From assembly GCA_963422395.1 (NCBI GenBank), contig OY729431.1, positions 1,312,001 through 1,376,000 on the forward strand: DNA of 64,000 nt. Reading direction: 5' to 3'. The stretch comes from Vicinamibacteria bacterium. GTDB taxonomy: Bacteria; Acidobacteriota; Vicinamibacteria; Marinacidobacterales; Marinacidobacteraceae. How positions within the stretch are numbered: the first letter of the stretch is position 1; every line of letters starts with the position of its first letter. The position numbers were made by a program, and so were the translations under genes. Below, piece after piece: positions 17,967 through 27,923 of this stretch. The notes under the pieces were generated by a model. It saw only the letters and a program-made list of their open reading frames with translations, was not told the DNA's origin and did no database searches.

Positions 17967-19934
17967 GTGAGGTCGGCAGCGATTCTGGTCGGAGCGGCAA
18001 CGGTCCTGGCAATGGCTGCAGACACGAAGGGTGCGGCCCCTCGCCGACTGCTGGTGCTGGCGGTGGACGGCGGCGGGCATGAGCTCATCCAGGGCTTCCT
18101 GCGCGAGGGAGAGCTCCCGAATTTCGGCCGCTTGCGGGACGAAGGGGCGTTTTCGGACGGGATGGTCACCGCTTTCCCGTCGAAGACGGCGGCGGCATTC
18201 GCCATGATCTGGACCGGGCTTCCCGGCATGGATACCGGGGTCACGGGAAACAGCGTGCTCGCGCTGCCGCCGGAGAAACACTCGCTGCTGGACACCCGCG
18301 ACGGGTTTTCCGCGGAGGCCCTGCGCGCCGATCCGCTCTGGGTGCGCGCGGTGCGGTCGGGACTCCGCGCGGTCGTGCTCCACACCACCCACACCTTCCC
18401 TCTCGCCGCCGCCCTTCGGACGCTTTCCGCGGAGGAACGCGAGCGTCTCTTTCTGCTCACCGGCTACGGGGAGGTCCGGCTCGCGCCGGAGGCCCTGAAC
18501 GAACAGCGGACGCCGCTCCTGGCCCGGGCGCCGGTGTCCTATCCGCCGGCGGAGGACGCCCGCTTCTTCCCGTTCTCCGTCGGCGCGAACCGATTTTTCG
18601 GGATGTTCTTCGACGATCCGGCGAACCCGGCGACGGGCTGGGACAGCTTCGGGGTGATCGCCGAGCCTGCCGCCGAAAACGGGCCGAAACACCCGCCCGT
18701 TCTGCTCGCCCGGGTCGGGGTGGGCCCGGACGCCGCTTTTTCCGGCCCGATCGCCGCATGGGCCGGCGGCCGTCGGGTGGAGTTCGGCGTGCGCGCGTTC
18801 GCGGTCGAACCGCCGACCGAAGGGGGCCCGGCGCGGTTCACGGTATTCCGCAGCGGCGCCGGCGAGGTGACGATGCACCCTGAATCGGCTTGGCGGGAGC
18901 GGCTCGGAGAGCCGCGGTGGCCTCGAACCATCGGCGCTGCCGAATATGCCTCCGGTCGGCTCGGAGCTCCCTTGGCCCGCAACGGAACTGGAGTGGCCGA
19001 GTCGCGTCTCGTGGAGAACGCAGCAGCGGTGGCCGACGCCGCCATGACCCACCTCGAAGCCGCCGCCTCGCTTCCCGATTGGGATTTCCTCGCGCTCTAC
19101 CTGCCGATCGCCGATGAGATGGGCCATCTGTTCTACGGGGCTCTCGACGGGCAGCTCCCTTCGCATCGTCCGTCGCTCGCCGCCGGCCTCCGACCCGCGC
19201 TGGCAGCGGCTTTCGCCGAAGTGGATCGAGTTCTGGGCCGGATGTTCTCCCTGGCCGAAGCAGCGGGCGGGCACCTGCTGGTGATCAGCGATCACGGGAT
19301 GGCCGGAACCGATCGGCTGGTCCATGCGAATGCGGCGCTCGAGCGCGCCGGTCTGCTCGCGTTCGGTGGAGACGGTGCCGTGGACCTCTCTCGCACGAAG
19401 GCGATGCTGCTAACCACCGCGGACGGCAGCGTGGCGGTGAACCGGATGTCCCGTTCCGGGGGGCTGGTTCCGCCGGACGAAGAGGGACAGATCCTCGAAG
19501 CAGTGCGGGCCGCGCTGCTCGGGATTCGAGCCGACGGAGAACCCGTGGTCTCGGGGTTTCTCGAGTCGTCGGGCGGCGGCGTGGTGAGGCCCGGGGGCGA
19601 TTCCACCGGGGACTTGTTTCCCGTTCTGCGTCCGGGTTTTCTGTTCTCCGCCCGTCCCGCCGAGGAAATCGTGATGCCCGCTGCCCCGGCTGGAAACCAT
19701 GGATTCCTGCCGACCCGAAGGGACATGCTGGCGGTGCTCGCCGGCTGGGGTCCGCGCATTCCTCCGGGGACGCAGTGGCCGCGGGCCAGCGCGCTCGAGG
19801 TGGTGCCCACCGCGCTCGACCTTCTCGGACTGACGCCCGATCCGGAGCTGCCGGGTCGGTCGCTGCTCGGTACTGCCCCTCTGGTGCCGGCTGCCGGCGC
19901 CGCCCCGGGAACGATGGAGGACGAAAGTCGTTAG
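17967..19934 (+). CDS. alkaline phosphatase / nucleotide pyrophosphatase-phosphodiesterase family protein
   Basis: LAVDG, FPSKT (catalytic Thr), DEMGH, VISDHGM, GNHGF motifs; signal peptide from GTG 17967. Confidence 0.85.
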   Translation: MRSAAILVGAATVLAMAADTKGAAPRRLLVLAVDGGGHELIQGFLREGELPNFGRLRDEGAFSDGMVTAFPSKTAAAFAMIWTGLPGMDTGVTGNSVLALPPEKHSLLDTRDGFSAEALRADPLWVRAVRSGLRAVVLHTTHTFPLAAALRTLSAEERERLFLLTGYGEVRLAPEALNEQRTPLLARAPVSYPPAEDARFFPFSVGANRFFGMFFDDPANPATGWDSFGVIAEPAAENGPKHPPVLLARVGVGPDAAFSGPIAAWAGGRRVEFGVRAFAVEPPTEGGPARFTVFRSGAGEVTMHPESAWRERLGEPRWPRTIGAAEYASGRLGAPLARNGTGVAESRLVENAAAVADAAMTHLEAAASLPDWDFLALYLPIADEMGHLFYGALDGQLPSHRPSLAAGLRPALAAAFAEVDRVLGRMFSLAEAAGGHLLVISDHGMAGTDRLVHANAALERAGLLAFGGDGAVDLSRTKAMLLTTADGSVAVNRMSRSGGLVPPDEEGQILEAVRAALLGIRADGEPVVSGFLESSGGGVVRPGGDSTGDLFPVLRPGFLFSARPAEEIVMPAAPAGNHGFLPTRRDMLAVLAGWGPRIPPGTQWPRASALEVVPTALDLLGLTPDPELPGRSLLGTAPLVPAAGAAPGTMEDESR

Positions 19935-19961
19935 GCCATTGGGCGGCTGCGGAGAACCCGG

Positions 19962-21215
19962 ATGGATGTAGCGCGGGAGGGAGTCGCCGAGAGACGCCGC
20001 CGATGGCGCCTGCTGGCCGCTGCGGCAGGGGGCGCGGCAGTGGCGGCGCTGGTCGGTCTCGCGCTCGGCCTCGAGCCCGCGGCTCCGGTGGTGGACCGGG
20101 GGGCGGTCTTCTTCGACACGGTGCAGCGCGGTGAAATGCTGCTCAGCGTCCGGGGACCGGGAATCCTCGTCCCGGTCGAGGTCCGCTGGGTGGCGGCGGG
20201 TGCCGGGGGAAGGGTGGCCGAGGTCCACGCTCTCCCAGGGGTGCGGGTGGAACCCGACACCGTGATCCTGACTCTGGAGAACCCGACCCTCGTCCAGGAG
20301 CTCACGACCGCCGAGCTGGAACTCGCCGCCGCCGAGGCGAATTTCGACGACCGGTGGGTCCGGTTGCGGCGGCAGGTGCTGCAACAGCGCTCGTTGCTCG
20401 CCTCCGTCGAGGCCGAGGCCCGCCAGGCGGCGCTCGACGCCGAGGCCGACCGAGAGATCCACGCCGAGGGGATCATCGGCCGCCTCGCCCTGGAAGACAG
20501 CGAGAACGATGCGGCCGAACTCGACGCCAGGGCCCGCCGCGAGGCGGAACGGCTGCGGCTGGTCGAACAGGCGGTGCAGGCTGAGTTGGAGGCGGAACGG
20601 TCCCGCGTCGCCCGGCTCCGGGCCGTCTTGGACCTCAAGCGGGAACTCGTATCCCGGCTCGAGGTGCGCGCCGGAATCGCCGGCATCCTTCAGGAGGTGT
20701 CGGCCGAGGCGGGCCGGCGGGTGGCGGCGGGGTCGAATCTGGCCCGGGTCGCCGAGCCGACCCGACTGAAGGCCGAATTGCGGATCGCCGAAGTGCAGGC
20801 CAAGGACATCGAGGTCGGCCAGGTGGCGCAGGTGGACACCCGGAACGGCGTCGTCGCCGGCCGGGTCACCCGCGTGGACCCCGCAGTGCGGGAGGGAGCG
20901 GTGACAGTGGATGTGGATTTCCTCGGAGACCTGCCGCGGGGGGCTCGGAGCGAACTCTCGGTGGAAGGACTCGTGGAGATCGAGCGGCTGCCGGAGGTGC
21001 TCCATCTGGGGCGTCCGGCGTTCGGGCAGGAAGGCGACGAAGTGGAGCTGTTCCGCCTCACGCCCGGCGGCGAGCATGGGGTCCGCACCCGGGTCCGGCT
21101 GGGGAGGGCGTCGGTCCACCGGGTCGAGATCCTCGAAGGACTCGCTGAGGGCGACTCGGTCCTTCTCTCGGACGCTTCGGCATGGGAAGGTCATGAACGC
21201 ATCCGCGTGCGATGA
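19962..21215 (+). CDS. efflux periplasmic adaptor (HlyD/MFP family)
   Basis: N-terminal TM, VQRGEM...VRGPG, coiled-coil hairpin, VRAGIAG lipoyl half, C-terminal VEILEGLAEGD.V.LSD. Confidence 0.88.
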   Translation: MDVAREGVAERRRRWRLLAAAAGGAAVAALVGLALGLEPAAPVVDRGAVFFDTVQRGEMLLSVRGPGILVPVEVRWVAAGAGGRVAEVHALPGVRVEPDTVILTLENPTLVQELTTAELELAAAEANFDDRWVRLRRQVLQQRSLLASVEAEARQAALDAEADREIHAEGIIGRLALEDSENDAAELDARARREAERLRLVEQAVQAELEAERSRVARLRAVLDLKRELVSRLEVRAGIAGILQEVSAEAGRRVAAGSNLARVAEPTRLKAELRIAEVQAKDIEVGQVAQVDTRNGVVAGRVTRVDPAVREGAVTVDVDFLGDLPRGARSELSVEGLVEIERLPEVLHLGRPAFGQEGDEVELFRLTPGGEHGVRTRVRLGRASVHRVEILEGLAEGDSVLLSDASAWEGHERIRVR

Positions 21216-21314
21216 GCGGGGAACTTCCCGGCGGCTGCACCGGGGCCCCATCTCTCGGATCCATCTGTCACAGAATTACCGAGCGCCACCGATAGCGGCG
21301 CGGGAGGACGATTC

Positions 21315-22004
21315 GTGAGTGACCCTGTCATCGAGCTGACCGGCATCAGCAAGATCTTCTACACCGACGAAGTGGAGACCCATGCCCTTTCGGAGGTGGA
21401 CCTGCGTTTCGAACCCGGCGACTATGTAGCTGTCTCCGGTCCGTCGGGGTGCGGCAAATCCACCCTGCTCTCGATCCTGGGACTGCTCGACACTCCGAAT
21501 TCCGGGCAATACCTGCTGAACGGGCGCTCGGTAGCGAACCTGGGGCTCACCGAACGGGCTCGGATCCGCAACCGCGAAGTCGGATTCATCTTCCAGGCGT
21601 TCAACCTCATCGGAGACCTCACCGTGTACGAGAATGTCGAGCTGCCGCTCGTCTATCGGGGGACAGCCGGCGCCGAACGGAGGCGGCGCACTTTCGAAGC
21701 CTTGGAGCGGTTCGGGATGGCGCACCGCCGAAAGCACTTTCCCTCGCAACTCTCCGGAGGGCAGCAGCAGCGGGTGGCGGTGGCGCGAGCGGTCGTCGGA
21801 GAGCCTTCCCTTTTGCTGGCCGACGAACCCACGGGGAACCTGGATTCGAAGAACGGCACCGAAGTCATGGACATGCTGGACTCGCTCCACGAGTCGGGAG
21901 CGACGATCTGCATGGTGACCCACGACCCCCGCTACGCCGACCGCGCCGCCCGCATGATCCACCTGTTCGACGGCCGGATCGTCGAGAGGCCGGCGGTGGA
22001 CTGA
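21315..22004 (+). CDS. ABC transporter ATP-binding protein (MacB/LolD-like)
   Basis: GPSGCGKST, LSGGQQQR, LLADEPTGNLD, VTHD; GGAGG RBS. Confidence 0.95.
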   Translation: MSDPVIELTGISKIFYTDEVETHALSEVDLRFEPGDYVAVSGPSGCGKSTLLSILGLLDTPNSGQYLLNGRSVANLGLTERARIRNREVGFIFQAFNLIGDLTVYENVELPLVYRGTAGAERRRRTFEALERFGMAHRRKHFPSQLSGGQQQRVAVARAVVGEPSLLLADEPTGNLDSKNGTEVMDMLDSLHESGATICMVTHDPRYADRAARMIHLFDGRIVERPAVD

Positions 22005-22068
22005 CCGGAGTCGGCAGCCGGTTCCGTCCCCCGAAGTAGCCAGGCCGCTCCGTACAATCCGGAGAGTC

Positions 22069-23961
22069 ATGGGGCGGCTGGACGCGAGAGCGGTTTCCGG
22101 CGAGCAGCTCCGCCGCTTCGAGAAGCGGCTCTTCTCCGACCTGAGGAAGCTGAACACCCTGATCGAGGCGGGGAGGATCGAGGAGGACGTCTATCGCGTC
22201 GGCGTGGAGCAGGAGATGTTCCTGGTCGGGCCGGCGCACCGCCCGGCTCCGATGGCGATGGAAGTGCTCGAGGAGCTGAACGATCCCTCGTTCACCACTG
22301 AGGTCGCCCGCTTCAATCTCGAGGCGAACCTGGAGCCGATGCCGCTTTGCGGCGGCCTCCTGTCTCGGACCGAGGAGCGTCTCGAGGAGACCATGACCCG
22401 AGCCTCGGAGGCCGCTCGCCGGGTGGGAGTGGATGTCTGTCTGACGGGCATTCTGCCCACTCTCCGGCTTTCGGATCTGACCCTCGAGAACATGACGCCG
22501 CTTTCCCGTTATCGGGTGCTCGACGACGCTCTCCGCCGGCTGCGCGGCGGCAAGCCGTATCACCTCCGCCTCTCCGGCGTGGACGAAATCCACGCGACCC
22601 ACGACAATGTGATGCTCGAAAGCTGCAACGCGAGCTTCCAGATCCACCTGCAGGTCGGGGCCCGCGAGTTCAGCAGGCTCTACAACCTCGCGCAGCTCGT
22701 CAGTGCTCCGATCCTCGCGTGCTCTTCGAATTCACCCCTGCTGTTCGGGCGGAGGCTCTGGCGCGAGACGCGGATCGGCCTCTTCCAGCAAAGTCTGGAC
22801 ACCCGCGAAGCGCGCCCGGATGTCCGCCAGCGCACCGCCCGCGGCGCCTTCGGCCAGGACTGGGTGGACGGCGGGGTGATCGAGATTCTGCAGGAGAACA
22901 TCGCTCGGCATCCGGTGCTGCTCGACGCCGGAGACGACGAGGACCCGGACCGCGATCCGCCGCGCCTTACTGCCCTGACGCTCCACAACGGCACCGTCTG
23001 GCGCTGGAATCGGCCGTGTTACGGCGTGACCGAGGGCGAACCGCACCTCCGGATCGAAAGTCGCTACCTGCCGTGCGGCCCCACGATTCCCGACGAAGTG
23101 GCGAACATGGCCCTCTGGCTGGGGCTGATGAGCGCCCTGTCCGGGGAGGGCGTCGAACCGCGCGAAGCGTTGCCCTTCGCCGATGCGGCGGAAAATTTCC
23201 TCGCGGCCAGCCGCCTCGGACTGAAGGCGGAGCTGACCTGGCTCGACGGGAAGCATTGGCGGGTGCGCGACCTCCTCCTCGAGGAGCTGCTGCCCCGGGT
23301 GCGCGATGGTCTTCTTCGGAAAAAAGTGGACGGCGCCGATGTGGACCACTATGTCGGCATCGTCGAAGAGCGGGTGAAGACGGGCCGCTCGGGCGCGCGT
23401 TGGATGCTCGACGGCTTCGACTCGCTCCGGAATCAGGCGTCGCCGTCGGAGCGGCTGAGCGCGATCACCGGCGCCGCGCGGCGCCAGCAGGGGGCCGGGA
23501 TCCCGGTCTCTCGCTGGGAGCTGCCGGTGCTCGCCGACTCCGGCGGCTGGAGGCACCACTACCTCCGGGTGGAACAGTTCATGACCCAGGACATCCGCAC
23601 CGTCCACCCGGAAGAGTCGGTCCGCCGGGTGGCGATCCTGATGGACTGGGGTCGGATTCGCCATGTCCCGGTGGAAGAGGACGGAAAGCTGGTCGGCCTC
23701 GTTTCCTACCGCACGATCATCAAGCTGGTGGCCGAGAGCGGCCTGGAGGAAGACGAATTCCTGCCGGTGCGGCAGGTGATGCGGCAGGATCCGATCACCA
23801 TTCCGCCTTCCACGCTGTCGGTGGATGCGATCCGCATCATGAACGAGAAGGGGATCGGTTCGCTTCCGGTGGTGGAAGCGGGGCGGCTCGTGGGGATCGT
23901 GACCGAGCACGACTTCACCCTCATCGCGCGGGGCCTGCTCGAGGAGAATCTGGCCGGGTAG
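22069..23961 (+). CDS. glutamate-cysteine ligase (GCS2)-like protein with C-terminal CBS pair
   Basis: GVEQE, TTEVARFNLE, SFQIHLQ, NSPLLFG, WRWNRPCY, HLRIESRYLP; two CBS repeats (VEQFMTQD.., VRQVMRQDP..LVGIVTEHD). Confidence 0.88.
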   Translation: MGRLDARAVSGEQLRRFEKRLFSDLRKLNTLIEAGRIEEDVYRVGVEQEMFLVGPAHRPAPMAMEVLEELNDPSFTTEVARFNLEANLEPMPLCGGLLSRTEERLEETMTRASEAARRVGVDVCLTGILPTLRLSDLTLENMTPLSRYRVLDDALRRLRGGKPYHLRLSGVDEIHATHDNVMLESCNASFQIHLQVGAREFSRLYNLAQLVSAPILACSSNSPLLFGRRLWRETRIGLFQQSLDTREARPDVRQRTARGAFGQDWVDGGVIEILQENIARHPVLLDAGDDEDPDRDPPRLTALTLHNGTVWRWNRPCYGVTEGEPHLRIESRYLPCGPTIPDEVANMALWLGLMSALSGEGVEPREALPFADAAENFLAASRLGLKAELTWLDGKHWRVRDLLLEELLPRVRDGLLRKKVDGADVDHYVGIVEERVKTGRSGARWMLDGFDSLRNQASPSERLSAITGAARRQQGAGIPVSRWELPVLADSGGWRHHYLRVEQFMTQDIRTVHPEESVRRVAILMDWGRIRHVPVEEDGKLVGLVSYRTIIKLVAESGLEEDEFLPVRQVMRQDPITIPPSTLSVDAIRIMNEKGIGSLPVVEAGRLVGIVTEHDFTLIARGLLEENLAG

Positions 23962-23964
23962 CCG

Positions 23965-24012
23965 CTCGGGCTGAGCGGTCCTCGGGCTGAGCGGTCCTCG
24001 GGCTGAGCGGTC
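23965..24012 (+). repeat. 3 x 16-bp perfect tandem repeat CTCGGGCTGAGCGGTC
   Basis: Copies at 23965, 23981 and 23997, directly after the stop codon at 23961. Confidence 0.95.
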
Positions 24013-24019
24013 CGGGAGC

Positions 24020-24760
24020 GGGGCGTGAAGTCGGGCTGCGTCTCGCACTCAGATGGGAAGAGCGGGACGCCCCGCTCCCGAACCGCCCGGCCTGCGTCTC
24101 GCACTCAGATGGGGAGCGGGACGCCCCGCTCCCGAACTGCTGCCGGGGCAGCGATTTCGGATTCTGAGTCACGAATCTGTGAAAGGGGGTGGACCCCCTT
24201 TCACACATACCCCCGCTGCGCCGCGCCCGAAGCGGAGCTTCGGTCGCAACAGGTGTTTTTTCGGGCCACGGACGGGGGTCGCTCTCATCTCTCGGGGCGT
24301 GAAGTCGGGCTGCGTCTCGCACTCAGATGGGAAGAGCGGGACGCCCCGCTCCCGAACCGCCCGGCGCTGCGCGCCGGGAATCGCACTCCTGCCGCTCGCA
24401 AACAGTTCTCCAGACTCGGTTCGCGGTCAGGCTGCGAGGGGCGGCAGCAAGTGCGATTCATAGTCACCGTTCTGTGAACGGGGGTAGACCCCCTTTCACA
24501 CTTTCCCCCGCTGCGCCGCGCCCGAAGCGGAGCTTCGGCCGCAACAGGTGTTTTTCTAGACCCACGGACACGGGTCGCGGCTCTCTCTAGGGGCGTGAAG
24601 TCGGATTGCGTCTCGCACTCCCGTGGGAAGAGCGGGACGCCCCGCTCCCGAACCGCCCGGCGCTGCGCGCCGGGAATCCGAACTGCTGCCGGGGGCAGCG
24701 ATTTCGGATCGCTGAGTCGTTGTTTCGTGAAAGGGGGCCCCTTTCACATTTTCCCCCGCT
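24020..24760. repeat. tandem array of modular multi-hairpin (REP/BIME-like) units
   Basis: Units begin GGGGCGTGAAGTCGG at 24020, 24294 and 24590 (periods 274 and 296; third unit partial). Hairpins include TGTGAAAGGGGG-TGGA-CCCCCTTTCACA, CCGAAGCGGAGCTTCGG and AGCGGGACGCCCCGCT. Confidence 0.9.
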
Positions 24761-27700
24761 GGGATTCGTCCGGGACGGTGCGGACGACCGGAGGCAGGCC
24801 GGAGTCTCGGAGACGGTCGTTGAAGGCGGCGAGCTCTTCCCCCGCGAGCTGATCCAGCATCGCGCGGGTGTCGGCGAGTTCCTGCTCGTAGCGGGCGAGG
24901 ACTTCGAGGTGCTGGTCGGTGGGGCGATGGTCGCTGCCAGCGATGTATCCGTGGAGACTGGTGAGCTTGGCGTGGAGGCGGCGGGGCCAGCGGAGTGTGT
25001 CCTGTCCGGCGTTTCCACCGGTGAGCCGGAGTTCGAAGAACCGCGCCTCGAGTTCTCTCAGCGCGCTTTCGTATTCCCCGGCAGCGTCGGTGATCGCAGC
25101 GCCGGCCACCCCGAGGGCGAGCCGCTCGCCGGTCTGCTTCCGGAGCCATTCGATCTCCTCGATCATGGCCCGAACCTCGCCGACCATCTCCTGGATGTGC
25201 AACAGGGTTGCGAGCTGGACCGGGATGTCGGCGCCCCCGTTCGGAGCTTTCGGGTCGGCGCGGACGGTGAGCTGCTCTTCCCGGGATTCCTCGCCGGCCC
25301 GGAGGCGCACGGTGTATTCGCCGGGGGCGAGCAGCGTCTGCACCGGGCGGGATTCCGTGAGCAGTCGGAAACCGCGCGCCGGCAGGAGTTGGTGCGGGCT
25401 GTCGAGCGGAGGCGTCCGCAGGCGGGGCAGGCGGGCCGCTTCGTTGCGCAGGTCCCAGACGACGCGGTGCAGACCGGCGCCGCCGTCCCCGGAGAGAGTC
25501 CGCACGAGTTCCCCTGCCGGGTCCACGATCTCGAGGGAGACGCCGTCGTCCTGCAGATCGCCGAGCCAGTAGTGGAGGGTGGCGCCGTAGGGCGGGTTCT
25601 CGCCGGCACCCGGGTCCTCGGGCTGGCTCATCGGCGCTTGCCGCATCCGAAAACGCCATGCCTCTCGAGGAGCGAAGAGGTGCGCGGGAGCTTCCGGATC
25701 CGCCGGCGGCCACTGGCGCAGCGGAGTGATGTCGTCGAGGATCCAGAAGCCGCGCCCGTAGGTCGCTGCGACCAGGTCGGAAAATCGCTCCTGGATCGTG
25801 AGCCAATGGACGGGAGCGTGGGGGAGGTTCGACTGCAGCGACTCGAAGGTCCTGCCGTCGTCGAAGGAGACGAACACGGCGTTCTCGGTGCCGAGGAAGA
25901 GGAGCCCGGCGCGCTCCGGGTCCTCGCGCAGGGTGTGGGCGTAGCTGTGGGTGTGCTGCGGCAGGTCTTCGCCGAGCCGGCGCCAGCTCGATCCGAAGTC
26001 CTCGGTCTTGTATGCGTAGGTGTTCGTGTCGCCGAGCTGGTGGAGGTCCACCGTGACATAGGCGGCTCCGGCGGCGTGGCGGGACGGCTCGATGCTGCTG
26101 AAAGTTCCGAGCGGAGGCAGGCCGGGCAGCTCCGCCGAGACATCCTTCCAGGTTTCGCCGGCGTCCGGAGACACCTGGATCCTCCCGTCGTTGCTTCCGG
26201 TCCACAACACCCCGGCGGTGTGGGGCGATTCCGCCAGCGAGAACAGCACCGCGGCGTAGGTGGGGCTGACATCGTCGAAGGTCAGCCCGCCCGTCTTCTG
26301 CTGCAGGTCGGGGTCGTCGGTCGTCAGATCGGGACTGATCACTTCCCAGCTCTGCCCGCCGTTCGTGGTCACATGGACCCGTTGGCTGCCCGCGTACACC
26401 CGCTCCGGATCGTGCGGGGAGATGTGGACGGGGAAGGTCCACTGGAAGCGGTCCTGGAGTTCAGCCGCCGCCCACCCCTCCGGGTTGTCCGGCCAGACGC
26501 TCACATTGCGCGCCTGCCCGGTCGTATCGTCGTAGCGTTCGAGGATCCCTTCGTAACAGCCGGACCAGACCACCGACGCGTTCGAGGGGTCGGGAACGGC
26601 GAAGCCGGATTCGCAACCGCCCACCGGCTGCCAGGCGCCGATCGGAATAGGGCCTCGGGTCAGGCTGTTCGAGGGACCCCGCGACGAGGGGCCGTCCTGC
26701 CGGTTCCCCATCACCCGGTAGGGGATCTCGTCGTCCGTATACACATGGTACATCTGGGCGATCGGGAGGCGGGGGCGGGCCCAGGTCTCGCCGCGATTCG
26801 TGGAGATGCTCACTCCGCCGTCGTGCCCGACGATCATCCGGTCGGGCTCGTTCGGGGCGATCCACATGTCGTGGTGATCCCCGCCGGAATCGTTCCGGAA
26901 AGTGGTGATTCCGCCGTCGGTGGTCGTGGTGTGCCGGGTGGCGAGGAAGTGCGCTTCGTCCGGATCGTCCGGTGCGGCGACCACCCGGGTGTAGTAGTGC
27001 GGCCGCTGCATGAGGGTGTGATCCCGATTCACCAGAATCCAGTTGTCGCCGCCGTCGTCGGATCGCCAGAGCACCCCGTCCTGTCGGTCGAGCGGGGCGA
27101 ATGCCTCGTTGGAACTGGTTTCGACGAGCGCGTAGAGGCGGTGCGGATCGGCGGGGGTGACGGCGAGCGCGATCTTGCCCCAGGGCCGCTCCGGCAGCCC
27201 GCTGCCCTCGATCCGTTCCCAGGTGTCGCCGCCGTCCCGGGTGCGGAAGATGCCGCTGCCCGGCCCGCCGCTCTCCCGGCCCCAGGTCCACATGCGCATC
27301 TGCCACATGCCGGCGAACAGGATGCGCGGGTTCTCCGGATGGATCACGATTTCCGAGGCCCCGGTGTCTTCGTCCACGAAGAGCACCCGCTCCCAGCTCT
27401 CGCCGCCGTCCCGGGTGCGGAAGACGCCGCGTTCCTGCTGCGGCCCGTAGAGGTGACCGAGAGCCGCGACCCAGGCGGTGTCCGGGTCGTTCGGGTGGGT
27501 CACGATGCGCGAGATGCGTCCACTGGGTTCGAGGCCGGTATGGGTCCAGCGGTCGCCGCGGTCCGTCGAGCGGTACACTCCGTTCCCGAGCGAGACATTG
27601 CTGCGGATGTGGGCTTCTCCGGTCCCGACCCACACCACATTCGGATCGGCGGCCGAAACGGCGATCGCCCCTACGGAAAGAACGGGCTGTTCGTCGAAGA

Positions 27701-27923
27701 CGGGAGTCCAGTGGATGCCGCCGTCGTCGCTTCGGAAGACGCCGCCCGAGGCGGCGCCGAAGTAATAGACATTCGAATCGCCGCGGACTCCGGCAACGGC
27801 AGAGACCCGGTTTCCCACCGGGCCGAGGTGGCGCCAGCGGAGGGCGTCGAAACGGCCTTCGGCGGCGGCGGCGGTAGAGCCGCCCGTGATCAGGGTGAGG
27901 GCGAGAAGCAGAAACTGGAGCAT
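24744..27923 (-). CDS. VPS10/BNR-repeat (sialidase-like beta-propeller) glycosyl-hydrolase-like protein
   Basis: WRHLGP..GNR, many Asp-box SxDGGxTW repeats, GDHHDMWI, AQMYHV, DRFQW, ATYGRGFWILDD; signal peptide from ATG 27923. Confidence 0.9.
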   Translation of the reverse strand: MLQFLLLALTLITGGSTAAAAEGRFDALRWRHLGPVGNRVSAVAGVRGDSNVYYFGAASGGVFRSDDGGIHWTPVFDEQPVLSVGAIAVSAADPNVVWVGTGEAHIRSNVSLGNGVYRSTDRGDRWTHTGLEPSGRISRIVTHPNDPDTAWVAALGHLYGPQQERGVFRTRDGGESWERVLFVDEDTGASEIVIHPENPRILFAGMWQMRMWTWGRESGGPGSGIFRTRDGGDTWERIEGSGLPERPWGKIALAVTPADPHRLYALVETSSNEAFAPLDRQDGVLWRSDDGGDNWILVNRDHTLMQRPHYYTRVVAAPDDPDEAHFLATRHTTTTDGGITTFRNDSGGDHHDMWIAPNEPDRMIVGHDGGVSISTNRGETWARPRLPIAQMYHVYTDDEIPYRVMGNRQDGPSSRGPSNSLTRGPIPIGAWQPVGGCESGFAVPDPSNASVVWSGCYEGILERYDDTTGQARNVSVWPDNPEGWAAAELQDRFQWTFPVHISPHDPERVYAGSQRVHVTTNGGQSWEVISPDLTTDDPDLQQKTGGLTFDDVSPTYAAVLFSLAESPHTAGVLWTGSNDGRIQVSPDAGETWKDVSAELPGLPPLGTFSSIEPSRHAAGAAYVTVDLHQLGDTNTYAYKTEDFGSSWRRLGEDLPQHTHSYAHTLREDPERAGLLFLGTENAVFVSFDDGRTFESLQSNLPHAPVHWLTIQERFSDLVAATYGRGFWILDDITPLRQWPPADPEAPAHLFAPREAWRFRMRQAPMSQPEDPGAGENPPYGATLHYWLGDLQDDGVSLEIVDPAGELVRTLSGDGGAGLHRVVWDLRNEAARLPRLRTPPLDSPHQLLPARGFRLLTESRPVQTLLAPGEYTVRLRAGEESREEQLTVRADPKAPNGGADIPVQLATLLHIQEMVGEVRAMIEEIEWLRKQTGERLALGVAGAAITDAAGEYESALRELEARFFELRLTGGNAGQDTLRWPRRLHAKLTSLHGYIAGSDHRPTDQHLEVLARYEQELADTRAMLDQLAGEELAAFNDRLRDSGLPPVVRTVPDESQRGKM

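Noticed and set aside
23965-24760. CRISPR array
   Set aside because: Units are about 270-300 bp with long conserved blocks; there is no short repeat/unique spacer periodicity and no cas genes.
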